A stretch of DNA of 64,000 nt, from positions 384,001-448,000 of the forward strand of contig JBDHZC010000002.1 in NCBI GenBank assembly GCA_039811685.1. The letters run 5' to 3'. How positions within the stretch are numbered: the first letter of the stretch is position 1; every line of letters begins with the position of its first letter. Of the stretch, positions 29,201 through 37,473 are shown in pieces. Source of the stretch: Armatimonadota bacterium (GTDB lineage: Bacteria > Armatimonadota > UBA5829 > DSUL01). The notes under the pieces were generated by a model. The model ran no database searches. It saw only the letters and a list, made by a program, of their open reading frames with translations, and was not told the DNA's origin. Both the position numbers and the translations under genes were made by a program.

Positions 29201-30997
29201 TCGACGGTCCCAGTCCACCGTCTTGATTTTGAAGCGCACAGTCTCACCCGGCCGGTAAACGTAGCGCAAAGGTTCGGGCTGGACGGCAAAATCCGCCGGG
29301 ACCACGTTAGCTCCGGCCGAAGCGCTGACTTCCTTCATAGTTGGGTCCACAACGCGCGCTTCAACTACATAGCGGGACTGATGCTCCTCGCCCTGGGTAT
29401 CGATCTCGGTCTTGAAGTCTCCGTTGTCGTCAGTCACGCCGCGCCCTTCCCTGACGACCTCCCCGTAACCGCCGTAGTCATATCCGTAGTCACCCTCATT
29501 GAACCAGCTCTCGTACTCGTTGTCGTAGTCCCAGAAAGTCCAGTCGGAACGATAGACGGTGTAGGTGACTTCCGCGTTGGCGACCGGAGCGCCGAAGTAG
29601 TAGTTCGCGCGTACAGAGACCGGTATCTTCTGCCCGCGAATGTAGTACGGCTTCGGAATTGCGACGGCGACGGCATATTCAGGCTTGCGATACTCTTCGA
29701 TGGCAAAGCTCGCCTGGAAGCGCGAGTTGGAAGCCTGGTCTGCCTCCCCTGAGAACACGACCCCGACTGTGTAACTGCCGAGCTCTGCTTCCTCGGGAGA
29801 AACCCAGCTACCGTAAGCGGTGCCCTGATCGCTTGCTACAGCGCTGACGCGGGCCACTATCTGACCCTGTGGCGCGCGGATGAGAAACTCCACATTCCCG
29901 CTTGTCCGCTTCTGGTATCCGCTGCCTGTCCAACGGCGGAAGATTCCCTTGAAATGGACAGTGTGTCCGGGGCGGTAGATGGGGCGGTCCGTATAGAGAA
30001 GCTGATCCTGATCGAAGTGATAGTCACCCATGTACGACCCGGTCATAGCCACGGACTTGCCCGAGCGCGCTATGATGGCGGCGCTTTCCGGGCCTGTGAA
30101 CTCACTGCGCCAGAGACCGTCCTCGCCGGTGACACCTGAGAGCAGCTTATGGGACCCCGTATAGACCTCGACTGAGGTATCTTTCAACGGACTGCCGCTC
30201 TTGATGTCCGCAGCCCACACCAGCAGACTCCCTCTGTCTCGCTTTACGACAACGGAAAGGTTGGTAATATTGACAGGGTCTGCGCTGACCATCCTTCCGA
30301 GAAAACCAACGACTATGTAAGTCCCAGGCTCGCTGATTGTGGGGATGGCGGGCCAGCCCGTGAAGCTACCATCCATTTCTGAGGTGCGGTAGGCGCGATC
30401 CCACTGTTCTAAAGGTTGAATGGAGTCCGTGAGACTTTTCAGAAATCTCTCCTGAAAGCTCTGCCCGTCCTGGCTGCGCTCCAGCCGGGCGCGGACAAGA
30501 TCGTAGGGATAGACAGCGAAGTGAATCTGCGCGAGCTCGGCGTCCCAGACGCCGTTGACTGTGAGGTGCTTTCGAGAGCCCGGCACGGCGGTTCTGGGGT
30601 AATTGACGCTCAGATTGAGGGAGTTGTGCGCCGGATAGAGCACTATGTCCGGGACTCGCAGCGTCCGCCCCTCAGTAAGAGAGCCTGACTCCTGCGTCGA
30701 CTCCGAAAATCCCCGTCTGCCTGCGGTAATCTCGTGGTAGCCCACGGGTGTCTGTGGCGCCCGCCACTCGCCGTCTTCGTCAGTGCGCACGTGGCGGTAC
30801 TCATCAGGGACGGTTGTGGGGACGGTTACAAACGCCCGGGCGATCGGCCTGCCCTGGTCGTCTATCACGCGCCCGCGCAGAATGCCGACCCGAGGCTCTC
30901 CGGCCACTGTCATTGTGAGTAACCCGGCAGTGATCGCCAGGGCGAAACCCAGAAGAACGACCCCTGCCCAGGGCCGCCGAATTCTTACACCCGCCAT
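26273..30997 (-). CDS. Bacterial alpha-2-macroglobulin (thioester type) with N-terminal carboxypeptidase-regulatory-like domain
   Basis: YTDRPIYRPG (MG2), IEEYRKPEY, VRKYFPDTAYW, PDSLTTWRA, YPWGCVEQT thioester, W.STRDT, LPSGFE. Confidence 0.95.
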   Translation of the reverse strand: MAGVRIRRPWAGVVLLGFALAITAGLLTMTVAGEPRVGILRGRVIDDQGRPIARAFVTVPTTVPDEYRHVRTDEDGEWRAPQTPVGYHEITAGRRGFSESTQESGSLTEGRTLRVPDIVLYPAHNSLNLSVNYPRTAVPGSRKHLTVNGVWDAELAQIHFAVYPYDLVRARLERSQDGQSFQERFLKSLTDSIQPLEQWDRAYRTSEMDGSFTGWPAIPTISEPGTYIVVGFLGRMVSADPVNITNLSVVVKRDRGSLLVWAADIKSGSPLKDTSVEVYTGSHKLLSGVTGEDGLWRSEFTGPESAAIIARSGKSVAMTGSYMGDYHFDQDQLLYTDRPIYRPGHTVHFKGIFRRWTGSGYQKRTSGNVEFLIRAPQGQIVARVSAVASDQGTAYGSWVSPEEAELGSYTVGVVFSGEADQASNSRFQASFAIEEYRKPEYAVAVAIPKPYYIRGQKIPVSVRANYYFGAPVANAEVTYTVYRSDWTFWDYDNEYESWFNEGDYGYDYGGYGEVVREGRGVTDDNGDFKTEIDTQGEEHQSRYVVEARVVDPTMKEVSASAGANVVPADFAVQPEPLRYVYRPGETVRFKIKTVDWDRRIVPDKPIDVVIERADWRGGKEIRRQVGTGSARTDAGGLATLSWKATAQGQLVFTFRAKDSAGRTAQAEAYVYVGTEAFWEESSSSEEALTIVPDKKMYQKGDTAHILIKSNHPSATLLLTVEGEKLYEARVVRTKGAAYMLDLPIENDYLPSVTLVCTLLADRQIQSQETGIAISPQDSLLTVKITSNKQRYQPGEKATYTIETLNASGHGVPAEVSLGVVDESIYALRNDSTPDIQKYFWGPRSNNVNTSNSLEDYYYGGLDKFENKVRKYFPDTAYWNPVIKTDSLGVATVSFTMPDSLTTWRATARAVTDTTAVGAGTQKVTVTKDLIVRLQVPRFFRQRDTQTLGAVVHNYTGARKKVSVRLTARGLKLRSGTVRSATVEANGTARVEFPVEVTTPGEATLLAEAITDDRSAVDRLQMSFPVYPHGARMFRDASGGASGEEGASVALSMDRDGQLSGAALRIDLTPSAAGAVIQALGYLATYPWGCVEQTVSSFVPDVLVQQALTNLGAPVDEKTRAELPKMIAHGLRKLREMQHSDGSFGWYSETDADVGMTAYALLGLVQAREAGVSIPSGMIESAASWLGRHMRQPLPPRPTAQDRPKAQPRYLATLEDRAYAVMALAASGGFDIQSFDALYAKRSEMSVFGVACLGMAASSAGRGAALAEIASLLEKRAKRSEGLLLWHNEQTSNYWSDYAATAMAMRVLSRAGRPVDALEPAARYLAERRSGGYWVSTRDTALCTLALLEHLERVQPVTYSANVQVNGRSVGTFDVTREDYFRRPKSFIIENSKLNRGVNRIVITKSGSGPLFWTANLSYLSSREDVPAQKGFFTVERNLLRVKLTRAGVGDDGAPKYTEDTQPVRGRIKVGEVVRVQIKIRGKGDASYVLVDNPLPSGFEVMHPEREWDNSYSGLEIHDEKVGAFVRFMSGAEREISFDVRAEVPGDLHVMPCQAYSMYQPLMSGSSSEDRLSVR

Positions 30998-31066
30998 ATC
31001 CCCGTTTTCAACCTCGATTTACAGTTATCTGTTAGACCACGTTCCGCGTCGCTTCGGTGCGGGTGA

Positions 31067-31075
31067 ATGATAGCA
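31067..31075 (-). promoter_or_regulatory. Extended -10 TGcTATCAT for the macroglobulin-VanW operon
   Basis: ~70 nt upstream of ATG 30997. Confidence 0.5.
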
Positions 31076-31458
31076 CGCCTGAGCGCCGGATACCAGACCC
31101 TGCAAGAGTTGTGCGAAGGCAAACGGAAAGGCAATCTGAAACAGACTTCGGACGCGGGCGCAGGGATGGAGTCTCACTCGGTTGACATGACGTGGCGAAG
31201 AGGGTAAAGACTAGGAAGCCCGGTGCACAATTTCCAGAGTGGATTCTGGCTGTCGCCAGGCGCGCCACCCCAACTTTTCACGACTTCGCAGCCCGATTTT
31301 GCACAGACACGTCAGTGTGACTTGTTCTTTTCGGGTGAACGCAAAGGCGCAGGCAACCCGTCTTGTGTGGTACAGGTGTGTCAGTCGGTGGCGTAGGCGC
31401 CGGGCGCTGAGACACCGGCGATAGTAGACTACAAGAGCACAGAGGAGGACACAAGACT

Positions 31459-31701
31459 GTGGCTTATGTCATCACAGAACCCTGTATCGGGGTGAAGGAC
31501 AGGTCCTGCGTTGAGGCTTGTCCTGTAGACTGCATCCATGGAACCGACGACGATCCGCAACTCTACATCGATCCAGAAGTCTGTATCGACTGCGGCGCCT
31601 GCGAACCCGTTTGCCCGGTAAACGCTATTTATCCGGACTACAACGTGCCAGACGACCAGCAGAAGTACATCCAGATCAATGCGGAGTACTATCAGAAGTA
31701 G
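31459..31701 (+). CDS. Dicluster ferredoxin (7Fe/8Fe type)
   Basis: GAGGAGG RBS; CIGVKDRSCVEACPVDCI and CIDCGACEPVCP. Confidence 0.95.
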   Translation: MAYVITEPCIGVKDRSCVEACPVDCIHGTDDDPQLYIDPEVCIDCGACEPVCPVNAIYPDYNVPDDQQKYIQINAEYYQK

Positions 31702-31832
31702 CTGCGCTCAACACTGAGAGCGCCAGCAAGCTACCACAAACAGCGAAAGGCCTGCCGAGATTTCCAAAAAACTTGCGCCGGCACTACCGCTGAAAGCCAA
31801 TATCTGAGAAGCAACAGCCTCTCACTCTGACG

Positions 31833-31879
31833 AGCCTCCTCGATCAGCCACTCTGATTCGGGGAGGTTTCTGTTTTTTT
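31833..31879 (+). terminator. Intrinsic terminator downstream of ferredoxin
   Basis: GCCTCCTCGA-TCAG..CTGA-TTCGGGGAGGT stem followed by TTCTGTTTTTTT. Confidence 0.75.
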
Positions 31880-31978
31880 GCCCCACAGCAACCTCCAAGG
31901 CAACTTTTTACACGGCGAGCGCGCCATTCCCCTGTGAGCTTTTGGCCTGATACACTGCTTCGGCTGCATCCGGCGCGA

Positions 31979-32007
31979 TTGACGCTTTGATGGGCAGATG
32001 TTACAAT
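31979..32007 (+). promoter_or_regulatory. Sigma70 promoter of tRNA-Ser
   Basis: TTGACG-N17-TACAAT with TG extension. Confidence 0.75.
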
Positions 32008-32018
32008 TTCGCATTCAC

Positions 32019-32112
32019 GGAGCGATGTCCGAGTTGGTCGAAGGAGCACGACTGGAAATCGTGTAGCGGGGTTAAAACTCGCTCGTGGGTTCGAATCCCA
32101 CTCGCTCCGCCA
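32019..32112 (+). tRNA. tRNA-Ser(GGA), long variable arm, encoded CCA
   Basis: Acceptor GGAGCGA/TCGCTCC, G discriminator, anticodon arm CACGA-CTGGAAA-TCGTG, T-loop GTTCGAATC. Confidence 0.97.
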
Positions 32113-32228
32113 CTTTGTCCGGAGCGTATCTTCAGTTTCCAGCGGGTCCGGGGGAGAGTCCGTTCGGGAGGGCGCGGACAAGACAAATCAGCAGCGCGTT
32201 CAGGCGCAGCAACACAACAGCAGATACA

Positions 32229-33791
32229 GTGACAAAGACAACAGCGTTATTGCTAGCTCTTCCTCGACGCCTGTTCATCGGGCATCATTCGCATTCGTGG
32301 CGCAGCGTCGTCGTTCGCTTCTTCGTGGCGGCGGTCTTCGTTCTCGTCTGCACCTGTCTGGATATCAGCCTGAAGATTCAATCCGCAAACTCTTCTCAGG
32401 GAGTGGCGGGGCTGGCTTCGGCGCGCCATCTGACACACAGCGCGCGGCTCCTTGTGATCTCCCCGCATCCGGACGACGAATCGCTGGGGTGCGCAGGCCT
32501 CATCCGAAGCACGGTTCGCGCGGGTGGCAAGGTGCGGGTGGTTTTTCTTACCAATGGGGACGGATTCCGGGTAGCCGCTGAGCGCGAGACACGTGAGCTG
32601 CGGGTAACGCCCTCAGAGTTCGTGCAGTTCGGCAACTACCGCCGCCGCGAAACTGTGAAAGCCGACTCTCATCTGGGTCTCAAAGAGCAGGACCTGACCT
32701 TCCTTGGGTATCCAGACCGGGGGCTGGTCCCGATGTGGACGGACTACTGGAACACTCCGTTCACGTCCCGCTACACCCGCGCCAGTTCTGTGCCTTACGA
32801 GAAGGCCTACCTTCCAAACGCCCCCTATACAGGCAAAAGCGTCCTTCAGTCGCTGGTAGCGATTATCAGCGACTACCGGCCGACCAACATCGTTGTGACC
32901 CATCCGCTGGATGACCATCCGGACCACTACGCCGCCTTTGCGTTCGCGACCGCAGCCCTCGAAGAAATTCGCGAGCGCGATCCGGCCTATGTCGCCCGCC
33001 TGGATCTGCGCACGTATCTGGTGCACAGAGGACAGTGGCCTAGCCCGCGCAAAGGCGCCGCTGAGCGCTGCATGGCGCCTCCCGCGTCCTTCGCTGATCA
33101 CGATCTGACGAAGTGGGAGATATTGACGCTTTCACCCGCGGACATCGCCGCCAAAGACGCCGCCATCAACTCCTACAAATCGCAGACCGCGATTATGGGG
33201 TCTTTTCTGCGCAGCTTCGGACGGAGAAACGAGCTTTTCGGCGCTATAAGCGAGCCTGCAATTCCCGTAGTCCGCACTGGAGCAATCCGTATTGACGGCG
33301 ATCTCAACGACTGGAAAACGATAAAACCGCAGATTGAAGACCCGACATCCGACAATCTCAGTCGCGCTCTGCGGGAAGGGGCTGACTTGAAGGCGCTCTG
33401 GTTGGCGCAGGACTCTGAAAATCTCTACCTGCGAGTGGATACCGCCAGGAAGATGCCAACCGGCCTGCGTCTGCGCGTGTTGGTGAGAGCCATAGACGGC
33501 AGCAAATCCGAAGCCCTTCCCATCGTGCTCACCGCGCCGCGATCGTTGACTCCGGCAGGATCACAGTTTGTCTGCAAGGCAAACACACTGGAAGCGCGTA
33601 TCCCGCTGTCAAAGCTGAGCATGCTGAACCAGCGGCCGCCGGGGATGACCAGAGTGTGGGTCGGCGCAAGCACTTACTATCTGGGGTTCAACATAGACAA
33701 AACCGGGTGGCGTCCGATGTCGCTGTCAGCCCGGACTCGAAGCGCTGCGCGTACGCGCGCACTCAGACTCTCAGGGCAGGGTGCCGGCTAG
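32229..33791 (+). CDS. PIG-L/LmbE family N-acetyl deacetylase with C-terminal CBM9-like domain (start uncertain)
   Basis: TM/signal; SPHPDDES, FLTNGD, FLGYPD, DDHPDH, YKSQ; then IRIDGDLNDW. Confidence 0.85.
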   Translation: MTKTTALLLALPRRLFIGHHSHSWRSVVVRFFVAAVFVLVCTCLDISLKIQSANSSQGVAGLASARHLTHSARLLVISPHPDDESLGCAGLIRSTVRAGGKVRVVFLTNGDGFRVAAERETRELRVTPSEFVQFGNYRRRETVKADSHLGLKEQDLTFLGYPDRGLVPMWTDYWNTPFTSRYTRASSVPYEKAYLPNAPYTGKSVLQSLVAIISDYRPTNIVVTHPLDDHPDHYAAFAFATAALEEIRERDPAYVARLDLRTYLVHRGQWPSPRKGAAERCMAPPASFADHDLTKWEILTLSPADIAAKDAAINSYKSQTAIMGSFLRSFGRRNELFGAISEPAIPVVRTGAIRIDGDLNDWKTIKPQIEDPTSDNLSRALREGADLKALWLAQDSENLYLRVDTARKMPTGLRLRVLVRAIDGSKSEALPIVLTAPRSLTPAGSQFVCKANTLEARIPLSKLSMLNQRPPGMTRVWVGASTYYLGFNIDKTGWRPMSLSARTRSAARTRALRLSGQGAG

Positions 33792-34226
33792 GAGCCGGAA
33801 GACCCACACGCCCAGAAGCAACACAAGAGCCGCGCCAGCGCCTGTCCACTTCCACATAAGCGAAATATCGCCCAGCCCTCTCCTGCGACGCCACCAACCG
33901 ACGCTGTAATACAGAGCGGCGCCTGCCAGATAGACAATCAGCAGCGGGTGATAACGCCAGGATTGGCGCACATGTCCGTGCAGCAGCGCATGAAGCGAGC
34001 GTGTCATGCCGCAGGTTGCGCAGTCAACGCCGAAGGTCCGGCGCATAAAGCAGGTGGCAGGGATTTTCTCTACCGGCAGCACCCACACGAGGACTATCGC
34101 CGTGACAACCGCTGCGAGAAGAATTCGGCCCGACAGCGCGCTGCTCTTCGCGCCAGGAGGCAGAAGAGGACGTGGCGGGTGTATTTGCCCTTTCCGGGAA
34201 GACTGCTCTGTTGAGAAGATGCTCAC
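33771..34226 (-). CDS. DUF2752 domain membrane protein
   Basis: CFM..FGVDCATCGMTRS..LLHG....W.YHPL. Confidence 0.85.
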   Translation of the reverse strand: MSIFSTEQSSRKGQIHPPRPLLPPGAKSSALSGRILLAAVVTAIVLVWVLPVEKIPATCFMRRTFGVDCATCGMTRSLHALLHGHVRQSWRYHPLLIVYLAGAALYYSVGWWRRRRGLGDISLMWKWTGAGAALVLLLGVWVFRLLAGTLP

Positions 34227-34351
34227 ACCGCAGTCATGTTACTACAGACAGGCCGGTGGCAGAAAGCGCGTCTCAGCTTTTTCGCGCGTTTGCGCGGAGG
34301 GCGACTGAGCGCACGGCGTGGACGCGCAAAAGGCGCTGGACAGGTGCGAGC

Positions 34352-35008
34352 TCAGGCGGCGTTGCCCGCGCCGGACTGCATCTCCCGAAGGCTGAGGAAC
34401 AGCTTTACTTCGGCTGGCGCGCGCGCTTCACGCTCGGCAATCTCCGCCCACGAAAGCCCCTGATCGGCCAGCTCATAAATGCGCTCAACGGACCCCTGCG
34501 CGGAGGAGGCGGCAGGCTCAGGCTCAACGCCGGGCACAGCGGCGTCTCCAGCCAGGCTCGGCGCAAAAGATGAACCTGCGGCCACTTCTTCCTGCGGAAG
34601 CTCAAACTCCGGAATCGGCTGTGCCTTCGCCAGCTCCGCCACGGAGGGGCTTGTCTCTTCACCGCGAGTGTCTATATTCAGAGGTTCAAAAGGCTTGAAC
34701 GGCACTTCCACAGCGGTGTTGGGCAAAGGTGACGTGGTAGATGACGACGGCGGTTTTGCAAGAGACTCTGCAGCGGCTTGAGCCTTTCGAATCGCTTCCT
34801 CCACCTGCGCCGTGCACTCATCCGCCGCCGAGCGCAGGTCCGCGACCAGAGCGTCGCACGTCTCTCTGAGGGCCTCCATGTCAGCGGGAGTGAGTGACTC
34901 GGTCTCCCGCGCAGCGCGCGCGCTGTTCATCGCCCACTGCGCCACTTTCCAGAACACCGCGACAAAGGCGGCCAGAATTGCGAAAACTAAGAGTGTGTAG
35001 ATATCCAT
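34352..35008 (-). CDS. Single-pass membrane protein with coiled coil and C-terminal HTH-like helix (DUF6115/SwrB-like position)
   Basis: N-terminal TM, coiled coil, IYELADQGLSWAEIA...EVKLFLSL; last gene of the flagellar run. Confidence 0.65.
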   Translation of the reverse strand: MDIYTLLVFAILAAFVAVFWKVAQWAMNSARAARETESLTPADMEALRETCDALVADLRSAADECTAQVEEAIRKAQAAAESLAKPPSSSTTSPLPNTAVEVPFKPFEPLNIDTRGEETSPSVAELAKAQPIPEFELPQEEVAAGSSFAPSLAGDAAVPGVEPEPAASSAQGSVERIYELADQGLSWAEIAEREARAPAEVKLFLSLREMQSGAGNAA

Positions 35009-35038
35009 AGGCTTTCAGATGAGTCTGGCGGAAGCGCT

Positions 35039-35227
35039 TCACGCGACTTCGTCAATGAGATGATCAGAGCTTTCTCGCTCGTCGCGGCGCTCCTCTGGGT
35101 CTTCCTCGACATGACCGCGTCCGGAGCTCCCGTGCCGCTCCCGCGCGTCGCGCTCCATCGACTTACCGCTGTCAGCAACTCCCGTCAAACGCGTCAGTTG
35201 CGCTGAATCTGTAGGACGAATAAGCAT
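35039..35227 (-). CDS. Small highly charged hypothetical protein (62 aa)
   Basis: GGAGG RBS before ATG 35227; lies between fliA and the next gene. Confidence 0.55.
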   Translation of the reverse strand: MLIRPTDSAQLTRLTGVADSGKSMERDARERHGSSGRGHVEEDPEERRDERESSDHLIDEVA

Positions 35228-35296
35228 GGGTCGCCTCCGTCTCCGGCGCTGCGCTGCCACTTCGCAAGCGCCCGCCCAGCCTGGCGATTCGGCCGC

Positions 35297-36079
35297 TTAC
35301 GCCGCCATGAACATCACATCCAGCCACCGGGAGAGCTTTGCCTGCAGCTTCAGGATGGCTTTGGTGTGAATCTGGCACGCTCTGGACTCGGAAAAACCGA
35401 GAACCTGCCCAATCTCTTTGAGGGTCATATCCTCGAAATAATACAGGGCGATGACCGTGCGTTCGTTGTCCACCAGGCTGTCAATAGCTTCCGCCAACAT
35501 CCGCTTCACCTGCGAGTTTTGCGCGTGCGTTGCCGGATCGTATGCCATGTTATCGGCGATATTTGAGGAAGAATTTAGATCGCCGATGTCAGAAATTACG
35601 GCGTCCAGGCTTTCGATGGCGGAGGCGTTCATAACTGTGAGAAGCTCTTCCAGCTCCTCCTGCGAAATGCCGAGCGCATCGCGCAACTCCTCGTCTGTCG
35701 CGCTGCGTCCCTCAGACATCTCGATTCTGCGCATCGCCTGCCGCAGTTTGTTCTCACTGTTGCGCACAGCGCGGGGCAGCCAGTCTGTGCTGCGCACCGC
35801 ATCCAGAATCGCTCCGCGAATGCGCACCAGCGCGTACGCCTCAAACGGACGCCCCATCTCGAGATCAAAGCGCTCGACAGCGTCAATGAGTCCCACAATA
35901 GCATGGCCATAGAGGTCATCCTGAGAAAAGACCGGGCCGGTGGGAATGTGTACGCGGCCGGCTCCAACTTTGGCCAGGTACATGTAGTGTTCAATAAGGC
36001 GCGTGCGCGCGTCAGCGTCTCCGTGCTCTTTGAAGCGCTTCCACAGATATGCGGTTTCAGAGTGTTCAGAAGAGATCAA
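35297..36079 (-). CDS. fliA: RNA polymerase sigma-28 (FliA/WhiG family)
   Basis: GLIDAVERFD, YALVRIRGAILD..R..DWLPR, LYYFEDMTLKEIGQVLGFSESRACQIH. Confidence 0.95.
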   Translation of the reverse strand: MISSEHSETAYLWKRFKEHGDADARTRLIEHYMYLAKVGAGRVHIPTGPVFSQDDLYGHAIVGLIDAVERFDLEMGRPFEAYALVRIRGAILDAVRSTDWLPRAVRNSENKLRQAMRRIEMSEGRSATDEELRDALGISQEELEELLTVMNASAIESLDAVISDIGDLNSSSNIADNMAYDPATHAQNSQVKRMLAEAIDSLVDNERTVIALYYFEDMTLKEIGQVLGFSESRACQIHTKAILKLQAKLSRWLDVMFMAA

Positions 36080-36083
36080 TTAG

Positions 36084-36305
36084 CTATTTGTCTTCCTGCG
36101 CGCCCTGACCAAACGTTCCAGAGCGCTCCAGTCCGTCCACGACACCCGCCAGCAAATTGCCGATAAGCCGCACGACTACACCCGCGCCGATGGATTTCAG
36201 CGCACACGTCAGCAGGTCCTGACCGCCCGTCACGCAGATGAACATGGTGACCAGAAAAGCCACCAGCCCGAGCATATTGCTGACCCACTGATAGAGCGAA
36301 ACCAC
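36084..36305 (-). CDS. Small 2-TM hypothetical protein between flhF and fliA
   Basis: 73 aa, two hydrophobic helices, 3-4 nt gaps to both neighbours. Confidence 0.65.
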   Translation of the reverse strand: MVSLYQWVSNMLGLVAFLVTMFICVTGGQDLLTCALKSIGAGVVVRLIGNLLAGVVDGLERSGTFGQGAQEDK

Positions 36306-36308
36306 TGT

Positions 36309-37436
36309 TTATCCGCCAGAGCCTTCCAGACTCTGAAGCACCAGCAACGCCATCTCCACAGCCTGAGCGCAACGGATGCCTCCAGGAATGCTCTGCCCCG
36401 TCGTCAGGTGGCTGATGGCGGTGCGGCTGCTCTGCCCAATGGCCGCTACCGGGCCTGCCGTAGAGGCTTCATCCAGCTTGCTGACAATCAGTCGGTAAGG
36501 ATCTATCCGTTCAAACGCCCGGAGCATCTGTGCGCGCACATCCGGGGCCAGGTTCGCCGGCACGACAACCACAGGCCGCACCCTGTCGTCGCTGAGGAGA
36601 GATTTGAGAGAAGAGATAAAGTCTTGGTCGCGCGCGCTCCCGCCTGCTGTATCAATAAAAATGACATCGTACTCCGTGAAGCTGTCCAGAGCCGCACTCA
36701 GGCCCTGCGGGGAGACAGCCTCGCAAAACGGGACATCCAGCGCGCTCACAAGAGTCTTGAGCATGGCAGACGCTCCAAGGCGCTGGGTATCGCATCCGAT
36801 GACAGCTACCCTCCTGCCCTGGCGGAATTTGTATTCAGCCGCCAGCCTCGCAAGCGCCGTCGTTTTGCCTGAGCCCGTTGAGCCAACCAGAGCAAAGACG
36901 CCAGGTCCTTGCTCCGGAAGAGTAAAGTCAGCGCAGGTGAAAAGGCAACTCCACTGCTGCGCCAGCTCTTCCAGCGGCTTTCCGGAGCGCGCGGAGCGTA
37001 CAATCTGCGCCGCCAGAGCAGGCTCTACACCAGCGTCACGCAACCGGCGCTCTGCGGTTGACTCCGGCCGCACGTGGGCCGCCAACACACCTTCCCCCAC
37101 CAGAGACTCAAGCGCAGTGCGCAACGCAGCCACTTCACCCGCCACATTGCCGGGACCAGAAGCATGCGAATCGCCAGCGCTGTCTGCGGAGGCGAGCGCT
37201 GGGCTTACAGGCTGTGGGGTGCGCAGCGCGCTCACAAGCGCCGCATCTGTCTCATCCACCGCCGCAACCAGCTCAACCAGAGTCTGCGACAGCGCCCGGC
37301 CGTTTGCGCCCGCTCGCATAGCGGGCGACTCGGCGTACTCCCGCGTGTTCAAGATCACCGCGTCCTCGCCAAGTTCGCGCCGCGCCAGCTCCATGGCTTC
37401 CTTGAGCGTTCTTGCTTCAAATTTCTTGATTTTCAT
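36309..37436 (-). CDS. flhF: Flagellar SRP-family GTPase FlhF
   Basis: MKIKKFEA..ELGEDAVIL, GSTGSGKTT, DTAG, SKLDE, TTGQSIP. Confidence 0.9.
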   Translation of the reverse strand: MKIKKFEARTLKEAMELARRELGEDAVILNTREYAESPAMRAGANGRALSQTLVELVAAVDETDAALVSALRTPQPVSPALASADSAGDSHASGPGNVAGEVAALRTALESLVGEGVLAAHVRPESTAERRLRDAGVEPALAAQIVRSARSGKPLEELAQQWSCLFTCADFTLPEQGPGVFALVGSTGSGKTTALARLAAEYKFRQGRRVAVIGCDTQRLGASAMLKTLVSALDVPFCEAVSPQGLSAALDSFTEYDVIFIDTAGGSARDQDFISSLKSLLSDDRVRPVVVVPANLAPDVRAQMLRAFERIDPYRLIVSKLDEASTAGPVAAIGQSSRTAISHLTTGQSIPGGIRCAQAVEMALLVLQSLEGSGG

Positions 37437-37473
37437 CTTCTTACTGAATCCGCAATACCGTGTTATACGTTAC

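Noticed and set aside
31115..31200. c-di-GMP-I (GEMM)-like pattern GGCAAA..stem..GACGC upstream of ferredoxin
   Set aside because: The conserved AAA after GACGC reads GGG, and I see no tetraloop receptor or P1 closure; an Infernal search would settle it
32019..32230. tRNA-Ser as an integration site; ORF start at 32085 inside the tRNA
   Set aside because: No duplicated tRNA 3' end or integrase seen in the window; the ATG-equivalent at 32085 overlaps the tRNA, so the real start is downstream
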